Shown one piece after another: positions 49,831 to 58,541 of a stretch of DNA of 64,000 nt. The position numbers and the translations under genes are program-made. The notes beneath the pieces are model-generated. The model had not been told where the DNA came from. It saw only the letters and a program-made list of their open reading frames with translations, and ran no database searches. How positions within the stretch are numbered: the first letter of the stretch is position 1; each line of letters begins with the position of its first letter. The DNA is taken from the sequence record OR805293.1. One strand, given 5' to 3'.

Positions 49831-50325
49831 GTGTTCGAGATGGAGCAAATAGTGAATATGCGAGAAGTGACATTTCTTTCCGCAGTGGATGCCAGCAAGA
49901 TCGAGACGCCGAGCAACGTCATCAGCATCGGCAGCAAGGGTGATTGGTATGCCTTTGCCTGCGATCACAAGCGCGTTCTGCGGCTGGAGTTTGATGACGT
50001 AGACGGATACGTGGGAAGCGATGGCTTTCGAGTGTTCAGCCACATTGACGCCAAGCAGATCCACGACTTCGTGAACGAGTGTGGTGATGAACCGATCATT
50101 GTTCACTGCCAAGCAGGCATGAGCCGATCCGCTGCGGTTGCCAAGTTCCTAGCTGACAAGCGCGGCTACACCTTGAACCTGTCGAAGCCTTGCTTAGGCA
50201 CTACACAATTCTACAACCGCCACGTCTACGGAACGTTGAACCTCAACAACGCCGAAAGCATGAGCGCCTATTACGCAGAGATGGAGCTAGCCGACCGGAC
50301 GCGTGGCCATCCAAAGGAGTCCTGA
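49831..50325 (+). CDS. protein-tyrosine/dual-specificity phosphatase-like protein
   Basis: Active-site CX5R motif IIVHCQAGMSRSAAVA; upstream LEFDD acid loop. Confidence 0.88.
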   Translation: MFEMEQIVNMREVTFLSAVDASKIETPSNVISIGSKGDWYAFACDHKRVLRLEFDDVDGYVGSDGFRVFSHIDAKQIHDFVNECGDEPIIVHCQAGMSRSAAVAKFLADKRGYTLNLSKPCLGTTQFYNRHVYGTLNLNNAESMSAYYAEMELADRTRGHPKES

Positions 50326-50327
50326 TC

Positions 50328-50627
50328 ATGCCTGACATGAGAGAAGAGTTTGAAGCCGCAATCTTTGCGGAAGTGAATGAACAGCGGGCTGCTGAAGGTG
50401 AATTTGTCCTTCAGCATCCAGAAGGGCTATTTGCCCGCGATGACGATGGCTCCTACTTGATCCGTTGGGTCAAGAGCGCATGGTGGGCCTGGCAAGCCAG
50501 CCGCGCAGCTCTGAGAGTGGAGTTGCCGAAACCTCACCCTGCATTTGAGTACGCACCTAGAGCCAAGGTTTTCAATATAACTGACGTTGAGGTAGCCCTC
50601 CAGCAAGCCGGAATCGAGGTGAAGTGA
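50328..50627 (+). CDS. hypothetical protein, temperate-phage-like
   Basis: AAGGAG RBS, ATG 50328; MREEFEA...AWWAWQASRAAL pattern. Confidence 0.75.
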   Translation: MPDMREEFEAAIFAEVNEQRAAEGEFVLQHPEGLFARDDDGSYLIRWVKSAWWAWQASRAALRVELPKPHPAFEYAPRAKVFNITDVEVALQQAGIEVK

Positions 50628-50774
50628 ATGAGAACGCCCATCTTCATCGGCGGATCAATTGGCATAGGAATCGCCTATCTGATGAATCCTGAATATCCCG
50701 CTATCGCGCTTGCAATGGTGTTTAGCGCGGGTACCTCATTGTTCATTCACTATCTATCTGAGGTATGGCCATGA
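50628..50774 (+). CDS. small membrane protein (48 aa, not in ORF track)
   Basis: GAGGT RBS; coupled at both ends; two hydrophobic segments. Confidence 0.55.
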   Translation: MRTPIFIGGSIGIGIAYLMNPEYPAIALAMVFSAGTSLFIHYLSEVWP

Positions 50775-50845
50775 CCGACCACGCAGAGCTGCGGAGGCTG
50801 GCTAAAGAAGTGATCCGAATTGAACGAAATGAGGATGCAGCATGA
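50771..50845 (+). pseudogene. 24-aa Ead/Ea22-like N-terminal remnant
   Basis: MTDHAELRRLAKEV...; ATGA-coupled on both sides. Confidence 0.45.
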
Positions 50846-51378
50846 GCATTGACTGGACCAAGGCACCAGAGGGTGCGACGCACTACCAACCGGAATCACG
50901 CGGCTTCCATGCGGCATGGTTCCGACTTCAAGGGGGGAAGGCTCGCGAAATGTGGGTCGTGAGACCCAGCCGCGCGCTTGAGCACATCATCGATCCGACT
51001 GTCTTCGACGAGAGCATGCAGAACCTGATCGCCCGCCCCGTAGAACCTGCCACCTGGAACGGCCAGGGCCTGCCGCCGGTTGGCCTGATGGTGGAGTGGA
51101 AGGCAGGCCTTGATCACGACTGGCAGCGCGTAACCGTGCTTGCCTACGCCAATGGCGACGCGTGGTTTCAGCCCGAGGATGGCCCGTCTTTCATCGTCGG
51201 CAACCCGGCAAACTTCAGGCGTATCCGCACCCCCGAGCAGTTGGCCGCCGAGGAGCGGGAAAAGGCGATTAATCAGATGATTTCTGATGCTGGATACGTA
51301 GATCCGAAGATTGGCACATTTGTGGCTATGCGCAATCTCTACGACGCCGGCTACCGGCGCCGGGAGGAAGGGAAATGA
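50842..51378 (+). CDS. hypothetical phage protein
   Basis: MSIDWTKAPEGATHY; W.G.GLPPVG; LYDAGYR patterns. Confidence 0.8.
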   Translation: MSIDWTKAPEGATHYQPESRGFHAAWFRLQGGKAREMWVVRPSRALEHIIDPTVFDESMQNLIARPVEPATWNGQGLPPVGLMVEWKAGLDHDWQRVTVLAYANGDAWFQPEDGPSFIVGNPANFRRIRTPEQLAAEEREKAINQMISDAGYVDPKIGTFVAMRNLYDAGYRRREEGK

Positions 51379-51641
51379 GCAGACTGACAGCTGAGCAATC
51401 CCGTGACATAGCGCGAGCGAAAGACGATGTCGATACTATCCTCAACGACATCGCCAAATCAGCCGCAGAAGGAAAGTACGTGTACACTACCCGCGCCTAT
51501 GGGTTCGGCACAGGCGGCGGACGGCGCAGCGACGCGATCCTCAAAGTGTTGCGTAGCCTCGGCTACGACTGTGCGGTGCATGCTGAGGGACGCCAGTCTG
51601 TTGACCTGTGGCTTGAAGTGAAATGGGGAGACAAGCCATGA
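51375..51641 (+). CDS. hypothetical protein
   Basis: ATGA-coupled; GGAAGG RBS. Confidence 0.75.
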   Translation: MSRLTAEQSRDIARAKDDVDTILNDIAKSAAEGKYVYTTRAYGFGTGGGRRSDAILKVLRSLGYDCAVHAEGRQSVDLWLEVKWGDKP

Positions 51642-52057
51642 CTAACAACCCCGGAGATTCAAAAATGATCGTAGAAAACGCCAAGCAAGCTGCCGAAGAC
51701 TTCAAAACTTCCATGGCTAAGATTTTTCCGAATTACATCGCCAGGGCGTCGGTTTCCGATAACCTTGGTCCGGCGATGACAATTTCGTTTGCGAATGTCG
51801 GTTGCGCTTCCGAAGCCCCGAACAGCATTCTGATAAATGCGAGCGGTTACATGCGCTTTATGATGCATTTGTGTGACAATTGCGGGAATGTATTGCCAGA
51901 AGGTTCGCCGGTAGAAATTGAGCTGCTAATGTGGTCTATCCCCTGTCGTTCGGAAGTAATCAAGTTCCGCAAGATCAAGGGCAAGACACCAGCCGAAGCT
52001 ATGCAAAAGCTAGTCAAGTGGTTTGAAAAAAACGCCGAAGCTATCCGGGGTCTGTAA
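51638..52057 (+). CDS. hypothetical protein
   Basis: GGAG RBS, ATG 51638. Confidence 0.75.
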   Translation: MTNNPGDSKMIVENAKQAAEDFKTSMAKIFPNYIARASVSDNLGPAMTISFANVGCASEAPNSILINASGYMRFMMHLCDNCGNVLPEGSPVEIELLMWSIPCRSEVIKFRKIKGKTPAEAMQKLVKWFEKNAEAIRGL

Positions 52058-52081
52058 TGGTCTCCACGTAGGACACGCAGA

Positions 52082-52483
52082 ATGAACATTGTGTTGGACA
52101 AATTGCTGTTTGGCGGTTTCATCGACCAGCAGCGCAATGAACTTGCCCAGCAACAACTGAATCGGTTGTTTGCCAAGTACGGTGAGCCGAAGATTGGTAT
52201 CACACGGGCATGCTTTCTATCTAAGCATTACGTCCTGAAGTTCCCGATTAATGACAGGGGTGAGCGGTGCAACGATTGGGAAGGTAGCTGTTCCGGCAGC
52301 TACTTGGCACGCGGACGCTGGCTAGAAATCGGAGGCTTCATTTGTGTCATGCAAGAGCGTTTGGTTGAAGTGGATTGGAAGAACAACACCCATGCAAACT
52401 TTCCTGATTGGGTAGGCAGCATAGATTGTGGTCAAGTCGGCTACGATAAACATGGCGTTCTGAAAGCGTATGACTTCGGGTGA
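52082..52483 (+). CDS. compact protein-kinase-like protein
   Basis: GITRACF, YVLKFP (catalytic Lys), N.WE, MQERL, DCGQVG, terminal YDFG. Confidence 0.5.
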   Translation: MNIVLDKLLFGGFIDQQRNELAQQQLNRLFAKYGEPKIGITRACFLSKHYVLKFPINDRGERCNDWEGSCSGSYLARGRWLEIGGFICVMQERLVEVDWKNNTHANFPDWVGSIDCGQVGYDKHGVLKAYDFG

Positions 52484-52486
52484 AGC

Positions 52487-52678
52487 ATGACCATCAATTT
52501 GTTTGTCGTCAACATAAAGAACGAACCTATCCCAACCGACCACAAGTCGATACTCCGCTATCTTGGCCTTAGCCTGCACACGCAAGGCCGTCGTGTATCT
52601 GCCAAATTCAGCAGCGGTAAGTTGAAGCTGAACAACTACAACATCGAATTTTTTCACATGGCGGAGATGATTCCATGA
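52487..52678 (+). CDS. hypothetical protein
   Basis: ORF track; coupled to next gene. Confidence 0.65.
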   Translation: MTINLFVVNIKNEPIPTDHKSILRYLGLSLHTQGRRVSAKFSSGKLKLNNYNIEFFHMAEMIP

Positions 52679-53211
52679 CCGACACCAACAAAATAAAAAA
52701 GCTAGCAAAACTGGACGAGATCGACAGGCTCAGGGCAGAGCGAGACGCCGCCCTGGCCAGGGTCGTAGAGCTGGAACGCGGCAAGGTCTACGTCGAAGCC
52801 CGGCAATGCGACGAGTGCCAGCATGTCGGGATCAACGATTCCGCCACGGTCGTGGCTGCCTGCCACGAATGCGATTGGACCGGACCAGAGCCAGAAGAGG
52901 ATAAGTGCCCCGGTTGCCAGAGGGAGAATTGCATGGCCGCAGCCTGCCCGCAGTGTGGCGCCCGATATGTCCTTGTTGCCAGCGAAGAGATAGCCGCCCC
53001 TGTAGCCCAGGCTCAGCACAGCGTGCCAGAGGAATGGCACTGCATGCTAGCGAATCTTCAGTGGCACTACGAGCCGTATGACGATCACTACCACCGTGAC
53101 CAGGGCTTCTATTGCCCGGTCTGTGGCGGTGAGAAGGACGAAGGGCACAAGCAGGGTTGCAACCTGGCCAAGTTGATCGCCACTGCCGACCTCAAAGAAG
53201 ACAAGAAATAA
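52675..53211 (+). CDS. chimeric Ead/Ea22-like protein with Cys-rich zinc-binding repeats
   Basis: MTDTNK, DEIDRLRAERDAALARV, several CxxC motifs. Confidence 0.7.
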   Translation: MTDTNKIKKLAKLDEIDRLRAERDAALARVVELERGKVYVEARQCDECQHVGINDSATVVAACHECDWTGPEPEEDKCPGCQRENCMAAACPQCGARYVLVASEEIAAPVAQAQHSVPEEWHCMLANLQWHYEPYDDHYHRDQGFYCPVCGGEKDEGHKQGCNLAKLIATADLKEDKK

Positions 53212-53237
53212 AATTCTAAATTACTCGAACAAACATA

Positions 53238-53483
53238 ATGGGAGCAGCATACATGAGCCTCAAATATAACGGATATGTCTTTAACATCGGTATCCTTGGC
53301 CAAAACGAAGCTATCAGTGAATACGCCTATCCCACCGATGATCCCGAAAGTGATAAAAAGAAAGCTTTTTTGACTGCAATGGCAAAATTCGTCGAATCAG
53401 ATGATTTCGAGAAATTTACTAATCAAATGTATAACAATTTCTCGATTAATGTTCAAGCACTAGTTTCTACGTCTACAGAGTAA
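53238..53483 (+). CDS. hypothetical protein
   Basis: GGAG RBS before internal ATG. Confidence 0.65.
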   Translation: MGAAYMSLKYNGYVFNIGILGQNEAISEYAYPTDDPESDKKKAFLTAMAKFVESDDFEKFTNQMYNNFSINVQALVSTSTE

Positions 53484-53676
53484 ATTATCAGTATTGATGC
53501 TGATATAGACTATTACAGCTTCTTGTATCAGCATCAATACTGCAAAAAATAAAGAATAATTAATTCCAGTTCTTTGTTCCTGTATTAAGTGACAATAAAG
53601 AAGGCATAACTACTTTGTCTTTGATGCTAAGTAGTAATTATCTTATGATAACTACAAGAATATCAACGAAAAATAA

Positions 53677-53853
53677 ATGAACATCTTAAAACATATATAT
53701 TGGGCTGTGCGTTATGGTGATTGGAATATAGGATGGGATCCGACCTGGGGTAGCAAACCCAATGAACCTTTTATTTGGTGTAAGCCGATATATTATGACG
53801 GACATCATTGCTACCTGCGAGTAGGCTACTTTTGGATAGGAGTAACATACTAA
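53677..53853 (+). CDS. small Trp/Tyr-rich protein (58 aa, not in ORF track)
   Basis: MNILKHIYWAVRYGDWNIGWDPTWG... Confidence 0.55.
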   Translation: MNILKHIYWAVRYGDWNIGWDPTWGSKPNEPFIWCKPIYYDGHHCYLRVGYFWIGVTY

Positions 53854-54094
53854 CATTTGCAATATATCTATAAAAGAATATATTAGTAACACAGTTGTTA
53901 AATTGCAAACACTAATTAATCTTATTTGCATTTGCTATCTTGTATAATAGAAACGACTTCTAAACATGGATATGAGATGGAAAATTTAGATAGGATCTCT
54001 GTTACAAATTTTTGAGTTACAATACATAGTAGTTTTGCTATTATGTGTTTATAGAAGTTTAATAACAGAACTAAAACATAAAGGATTGTCTGTC

Positions 54095-54436
54095 ATGAAA
54101 AGTTACGCAAAGTTTTATGTAGGAACAAACATATATGATGCTGAAGTGCCGGATTTAGACATAAACATGCCAGATGCAGAACTTTTCGAAGTAGCATTGC
54201 ATCAAATGGCAGTACAGTGGTCTAGCACTGCCGGGCATCCGCATCACAAGGATGCAATGCGTAAAGACGGCAAGGTAGCCCGGAGTAAAGAACGGGTGTA
54301 TATTCGCGGCAACGGCTGGTCCATTTCGTTGCATAGTCCCGAATTTGTAGAAAAACATTCGGCATACATTGCCGCAGCGGAGTGGAAACTACTAACAGAT
54401 TTGCTTGTGTTTGACACCTGCTGGAACGCTAATTAG
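54095..54436 (+). CDS. hypothetical protein
   Basis: AAGGA RBS, ATG 54095. Confidence 0.75.
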   Translation: MKSYAKFYVGTNIYDAEVPDLDINMPDAELFEVALHQMAVQWSSTAGHPHHKDAMRKDGKVARSKERVYIRGNGWSISLHSPEFVEKHSAYIAAAEWKLLTDLLVFDTCWNAN

Positions 54437-54463
54437 TAATTCTCTTTATACAGGAGAACAGTA

Positions 54464-54796
54464 ATGAATAATATCAGTGTAAGAAATATGCGTTATATTG
54501 TACGTGGTTTTGTTACTCATGCAATTGCCCGGGGTTATTCAGTTTCCGTTTATGAAGGGGGCGATTGGGCGATCGAGAAGAGTACTTCTGTAAAAGATAT
54601 TATGAATTCTATCATGTCTACCGACAGTGATACATTCTGTATTTATAATGCAGAGAAGGTGAAGGTAGGTCATGTGTATTGCATTTATTGCAATAGTGAT
54701 TACGAAGTTATTGCAGATTACACCGATTCACCTCTTATTCAATCGATTCTCGTCGAAGCTCTACGCAGAGCAGATCGAATAGAAGAACTGAGCTGA
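54464..54796 (+). CDS. hypothetical phage protein
   Basis: AGGAG RBS. Confidence 0.85.
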   Translation: MNNISVRNMRYIVRGFVTHAIARGYSVSVYEGGDWAIEKSTSVKDIMNSIMSTDSDTFCIYNAEKVKVGHVYCIYCNSDYEVIADYTDSPLIQSILVEALRRADRIEELS

Positions 54797-54798
54797 GA

Positions 54799-54829
54799 AA
54801 AAGAAGCAGGAATAATTCCTGCTTCTTTT
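54799..54829 (+). terminator. intrinsic terminator
   Basis: AAAAGAAGCAGGAAT/ATTCCTGCTTCTTTT. Confidence 0.85.
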
Positions 54830-54901
54830 GTATGTTACAAGTTAAACAAGATTAATTTGCATTTGCTATGTAATAATATTTTCTATTGAATTAAATATTA
54901 C

Positions 54902-55138
54902 ATGTGTTACTATATGCACAATGCTGTTAAACAAAGCGATAAATTAATAGCTATGGCAAATAAATTACATATCATCTGTGCAAAATGTGGTAGCACTCTT
55001 ATAAACATAAAAATACCAAAAGTATGTGCAGATGATCTATTGAATGTAGTATATTTTTCGTGCGAAAACTGTAAGGAACTTACAGGTATATACGAATGGG
55101 CAGAAACAAATAATCGCAAAGTAGTTGACGATAGGTAA
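54902..55138 (+). CDS. small zinc-ribbon protein
   Basis: CAKCG ... CENC. Confidence 0.6.
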   Translation: MCYYMHNAVKQSDKLIAMANKLHIICAKCGSTLINIKIPKVCADDLLNVVYFSCENCKELTGIYEWAETNNRKVVDDR

Positions 55139-55145
55139 GAAGTAA

Positions 55146-55451
55146 ATGGAAGCATATACAGATTGCCCTATCCTAATGATCGGTGATGCTCCGCACGAAG
55201 AAGCACCTATAAGAAAAATAATTATAAAAGGTTATGATTTTAAATATATCTGGGCAGTATACCATTATATGGATTTAATTCCTATAAGGGTTCAGATAAA
55301 ACGCTGTTATGTGTACGAAACTCCGGGTAGAGTAGGTTATGTAAAATCTATTAGAGAAGAAGTATTAAGAAAACGCAAAAAGAAACAACGTGACATATAT
55401 GAATACGATACATATCAAGATGAAGACGATTTTTGGAAAGGAATGTATTAA
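55146..55451 (+). CDS. hypothetical phage protein
   Basis: AYTDCPI..IGD....APIR pattern. Confidence 0.7.
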   Translation: MEAYTDCPILMIGDAPHEEAPIRKIIIKGYDFKYIWAVYHYMDLIPIRVQIKRCYVYETPGRVGYVKSIREEVLRKRKKKQRDIYEYDTYQDEDDFWKGMY

Positions 55452-55452
55452 A

Positions 55453-55746
55453 ATGCATAATACCCGTATTGTTGTTCGACTCAATGTTATCACTCCTATT
55501 TCAACTGCTAATGGCGTTGTAGTTGATTCGGTAGTCCGCGGGCATCGAGCAGGCATTAAGCAAGGCAAACAAATGTATCATGTTTATTCTATTCAAACAG
55601 GCGAGTATCTCGGTTTGAAATCAGAAGACGACGTAAGTGAAATTAAACCGTCTTCGTATGAAGAATTTCTTACTCCGAGAACACTTACTTCAAACGAAGT
55701 AGAACAAGTTAAATCTTCTTTCGAATGGTACGAAGCTAACATTTGA
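55453..55746 (+). CDS. hypothetical protein
   Basis: AAGGA RBS, ATG 55453. Confidence 0.7.
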   Translation: MHNTRIVVRLNVITPISTANGVVVDSVVRGHRAGIKQGKQMYHVYSIQTGEYLGLKSEDDVSEIKPSSYEEFLTPRTLTSNEVEQVKSSFEWYEANI

Positions 55747-55749
55747 TAT

Positions 55750-55778
55750 AAAGGGGGAATAATTCCCCCTTTATTTTT
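55750..55778 (+). terminator. intrinsic terminator
   Basis: AAAGGGGGAAT/ATTCCCCCTTT. Confidence 0.85.
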
Positions 55779-55815
55779 CTTTTATAAACATAAATAATTC
55801 GCATTTGCACCGAAG

Positions 55816-55945
55816 ATGCTTTATAACGCATAAATTTACATAGCTAATACATACATATTGCTAACGTTAAAAAGCGCATTATATAGCTTATAATTGCATA
55901 TTGTGCAATGCATTTGTTGGTGTTATATTAAACATGCGCAACAAT
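55816..55945. other. GA/TC-free tract
   Basis: 130 nt with no GA and no TC. Confidence 0.8.
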
Positions 55946-55981
55946 CAACTATACAAAAACATTTATTATGGAGATACAACA

Positions 55982-56272
55982 ATGAAAAATACACTGTGTC
56001 TCGTTGCATTTTTGGGTCTCACAGTAATAGCTCATACTTATGCAGCAGATTCTGCAAATAAAGATGTGAGCACCCTCATTATGGAACAGGATCTAGAAAC
56101 ATATCTAAATGAAGAGTTTGGATTAACAGGGAAAGTTAATTGCAATAATGCTGTTAACGGAATGTTCGAGTGTGTCATGCACGACGGACAAAAGAAATAC
56201 ATGTTTGCATGTAATGCAGAAGACAGTGTATGCATAGTAGTATCTGTCCCGATTAAAGGAATTCGGTTATGA
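55982..56272 (+). CDS. secreted or periplasmic small protein with signal peptide
   Basis: GGAG RBS; MKNTLCLVAFLGLTVIAHTYA signal-like sequence; Cys pairs. Confidence 0.75.
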   Translation: MKNTLCLVAFLGLTVIAHTYAADSANKDVSTLIMEQDLETYLNEEFGLTGKVNCNNAVNGMFECVMHDGQKKYMFACNAEDSVCIVVSVPIKGIRL

Positions 56273-56457
56273 AAAAAGCTCTTTCAAGTGTAATAGGTAT
56301 CATTGTTCTGTTACTAGGCGTATTTATGGTAGATAATCCTACAATAGGATTAATGCTAGGAGGGTTAGTAGGTAGTTATATTTTCAGCATAGGCGGAGTA
56401 ATTCTATGTGTTATATCGTTTATGATATTTGCACTTGCCTTTGTTGAGATGAAATGA
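56269..56457 (+). CDS. small membrane protein
   Basis: AAGGA RBS; two TM segments. Confidence 0.7.
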   Translation: MKKALSSVIGIIVLLLGVFMVDNPTIGLMLGGLVGSYIFSIGGVILCVISFMIFALAFVEMK

Positions 56458-56610
56458 ATGCTTATTTAAGTAAATGCATAAACAGGTAACTGTATAAAGA
56501 ATAAGGAAAGATTAGATCTTGTCTGTAATAGTTATATATTTTTCAATGTAATATTCTTCATTTTCATTGCATGTGTTACAAATTAGATCACAAAAAGTTT
56601 TAAAATTCAG

Positions 56611-56639
56611 TTTACAGCATGCATAGTTTTACGTATTAT
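56611..56639 (+). promoter_or_regulatory. sigma70-like promoter
   Basis: TTTACA-17-TATTAT. Confidence 0.7.
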
Positions 56640-56645
56640 AAACAC

Positions 56646-57130
56646 ACAAAGCAATACAGCATAACGCATTGTAAGCAACACTAAACGGGAGACACCGTCC
56701 CGCAAGCAGCCCGCCCGCGATGTTCGCGGGCTGCGGCAAACAGGTGTACAAGGTCTAGTAACGTGGAAGGCGCAGCATACCTTTCCTTAAATCGGAAATC
56801 GGTCAATGACGTACCTGCCCCTGGACACTGCTAGACCTTGCTGCTACAGGCGGGACAGCTACAAAGGTACACTGTATGTATCTATGCTTTACCCCGCTTT
56901 GTAGCAGGTCTTAAAACGGTCTACTGGCATATGCCTTAGTGCTAGTAGGAATCATTAACCTAAAACTATTATATGCTTCCTGGAGGTGAAGAGTATGCCG
57001 CCGCAGCATTAAATATACATTATGATGATGATAATTATGAATGCCGAAACACCGCTTCGATTCGTTTAAAAGACAGATGTCTGAATCGAATGTTTTTGGG
57101 CAAAAAGGTCCCTTAGATGGGATTTTTTTG
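56646..57130 (+). ncRNA. candidate ~480-nt GC-rich structured ncRNA (ncRNA-4)
   Basis: Bounded by promoter and terminator; long stems; no + strand ORF >=60 aa. Confidence 0.7.
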
Positions 57131-57216
57131 CGGCTGTTAACTAGCAAACGCGAATTAATCTTATTTGCAATTTAAGAAAAATACCAGTTGACTGTAGCTT
57201 GTTAACATAGTACATT
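57101..57216 (+). promoter_or_regulatory. terminator + palindromic box + promoter module
   Basis: Hairpin 57101-57130; box 57144-57169; TTGACT-17-TACATT (57188-57216). Confidence 0.7.
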
Positions 57217-57245
57217 TAACTCATAAATCCGCAGGAGTAGCAGTT

Positions 57246-57413
57246 ATGTCGCTGAAAAAGAAACTTTTAAATTCTGTGCAGATTAAATATTTCGGCAACA
57301 TTTATACTTACATTTATGATGCCGTTCATGACGTTATTTATTTCGATAACCAGCAAATGTCTTATGCCGAATTTGAAGAGGCAGTAGACTGTAAGCTAGG
57401 AGAAGTTCTGTGA
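57246..57413 (+). CDS. small protein (55 aa, not in ORF track)
   Basis: AGGAG RBS; stop overlaps next start. Confidence 0.7.
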   Translation: MSLKKKLLNSVQIKYFGNIYTYIYDAVHDVIYFDNQQMSYAEFEEAVDCKLGEVL

Positions 57414-57685
57414 ATGAATATGTTGATACACACAGAGCTAAAAGAATACTAATAATTTCTTCTATATGTTTTTTTGTAACTGGCATTCTGATAGGATACA
57501 GCCTAGCGTCGAATTCTGAGTCTGCTTCGTTATATATGCAGTATAAGGAACTTGTAAAGTCTTGCGAAGCAGAATTGCCAAGAAATGAAAATTGCCAAGT
57601 AATCGTATATGCTATACCAACACCCGAAGTAGAAGAAGAGAAACTAGAAATACAAACAATTCTTAGAGGGGTCGAAATAAAATGA
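57410..57685 (+). CDS. membrane-anchored small protein
   Basis: One TM segment; coupled. Confidence 0.7.
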   Translation: MNEYVDTHRAKRILIISSICFFVTGILIGYSLASNSESASLYMQYKELVKSCEAELPRNENCQVIVYAIPTPEVEEEKLEIQTILRGVEIK

Positions 57686-57918
57686 GCGTATACTGTAATT
57701 GCATAGCATGCGGTGGAGATGATCCGTATGCTGTATGTGAAAATGTGTTAATGGATATCCAAAAGCACAAATATAATACTGGTCCCAGCTGGGGGCTGGT
57801 AGTTGCGGCAGTATTGTGTTTGGTAGGAATGGGATTAGCAGGTAACGCAGCACTATCTGATAAAAAAGAAACACCGTGCGAAACTACACAACAAAAACAA
57901 GAGGTGTATAATGAGTAA
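57682..57918 (+). CDS. small membrane protein with Cys motif
   Basis: CNCIAC; one TM segment. Confidence 0.65.
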   Translation: MSVYCNCIACGGDDPYAVCENVLMDIQKHKYNTGPSWGLVVAAVLCLVGMGLAGNAALSDKKETPCETTQQKQEVYNE

Positions 57919-58117
57919 CAAAACAACAGACATGCTGGTAGATGAATTTCTGTGCGAGCGTGCATCTTTTTCTCCGTTTAGCGAAGGTGTTCATGCAGCT
58001 AAACTAGGGCAGAAATATACAGACTGCCCGTATACCAAAAATGAGCCGTATGAACGTAACGAATGGATTCGAGGACATCAAATGTGGCATGATTATTCTG
58101 TTCAACAATACAAATAA
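57911..58117 (+). CDS. hypothetical protein
   Basis: GAGGT RBS; G...CPY...WIRG pattern. Confidence 0.75.
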   Translation: MSNKTTDMLVDEFLCERASFSPFSEGVHAAKLGQKYTDCPYTKNEPYERNEWIRGHQMWHDYSVQQYK

Positions 58118-58132
58118 TATTCAGAGGATATT

Positions 58133-58336
58133 ATGAAGAAACTATCTATGTGCGATTTTGCCAAATGGAAGGCAAACTATTACAGCACTAATAAATCCGG
58201 TCAGCCACTCCGGCTAGGACAAGCATTTATTAACGAATTTTCCGAACAGGGTGATATGCCTCAGCCAAATCTATATTATGAAGAAGATAATGCAACTGCT
58301 GAGCTTATCATTCTAGAAAAATACATTATGTACTAA
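58133..58336 (+). CDS. hypothetical phage protein
   Basis: GAGG RBS; LRLGQAFIN motif. Confidence 0.75.
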   Translation: MKKLSMCDFAKWKANYYSTNKSGQPLRLGQAFINEFSEQGDMPQPNLYYEEDNATAELIILEKYIMY

Positions 58337-58346
58337 GGAAGTAGTA

Positions 58347-58541
58347 ATGTATCTTGCACACCTATTCGCTTTGGTCCCGTCTATGTTTGCAGTATTAATT
58401 AATGCTATCTTTATTAAATACGGTTTGGGACCTGCTTCTATAATAGTATTTATGGCCTTAGTTGTAACTGTAACAGGAATTGGGTCTGTAATAGATATGA
58501 TGCGTGCATTGTCTGAAGTAGACAATATTATTGATAGATAG
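58347..58541 (+). CDS. small membrane protein
   Basis: AAGGA RBS; two TM segments. Confidence 0.7.
   Translation: MYLAHLFALVPSMFAVLINAIFIKYGLGPASIIVFMALVVTVTGIGSVIDMMRALSEVDNIIDR

Noticed and set aside
49831-53211. Integrated prophage or transposon
   Set aside because: No integrase, transposase, att repeats or terminal inverted repeats seen at the GC boundaries.
56646-57130. RsmA/CsrA sponge (GGA motifs)
   Set aside because: About 8 GGA in ~480 nt is roughly the chance expectation at this GC content, and most are not in hairpin loops.
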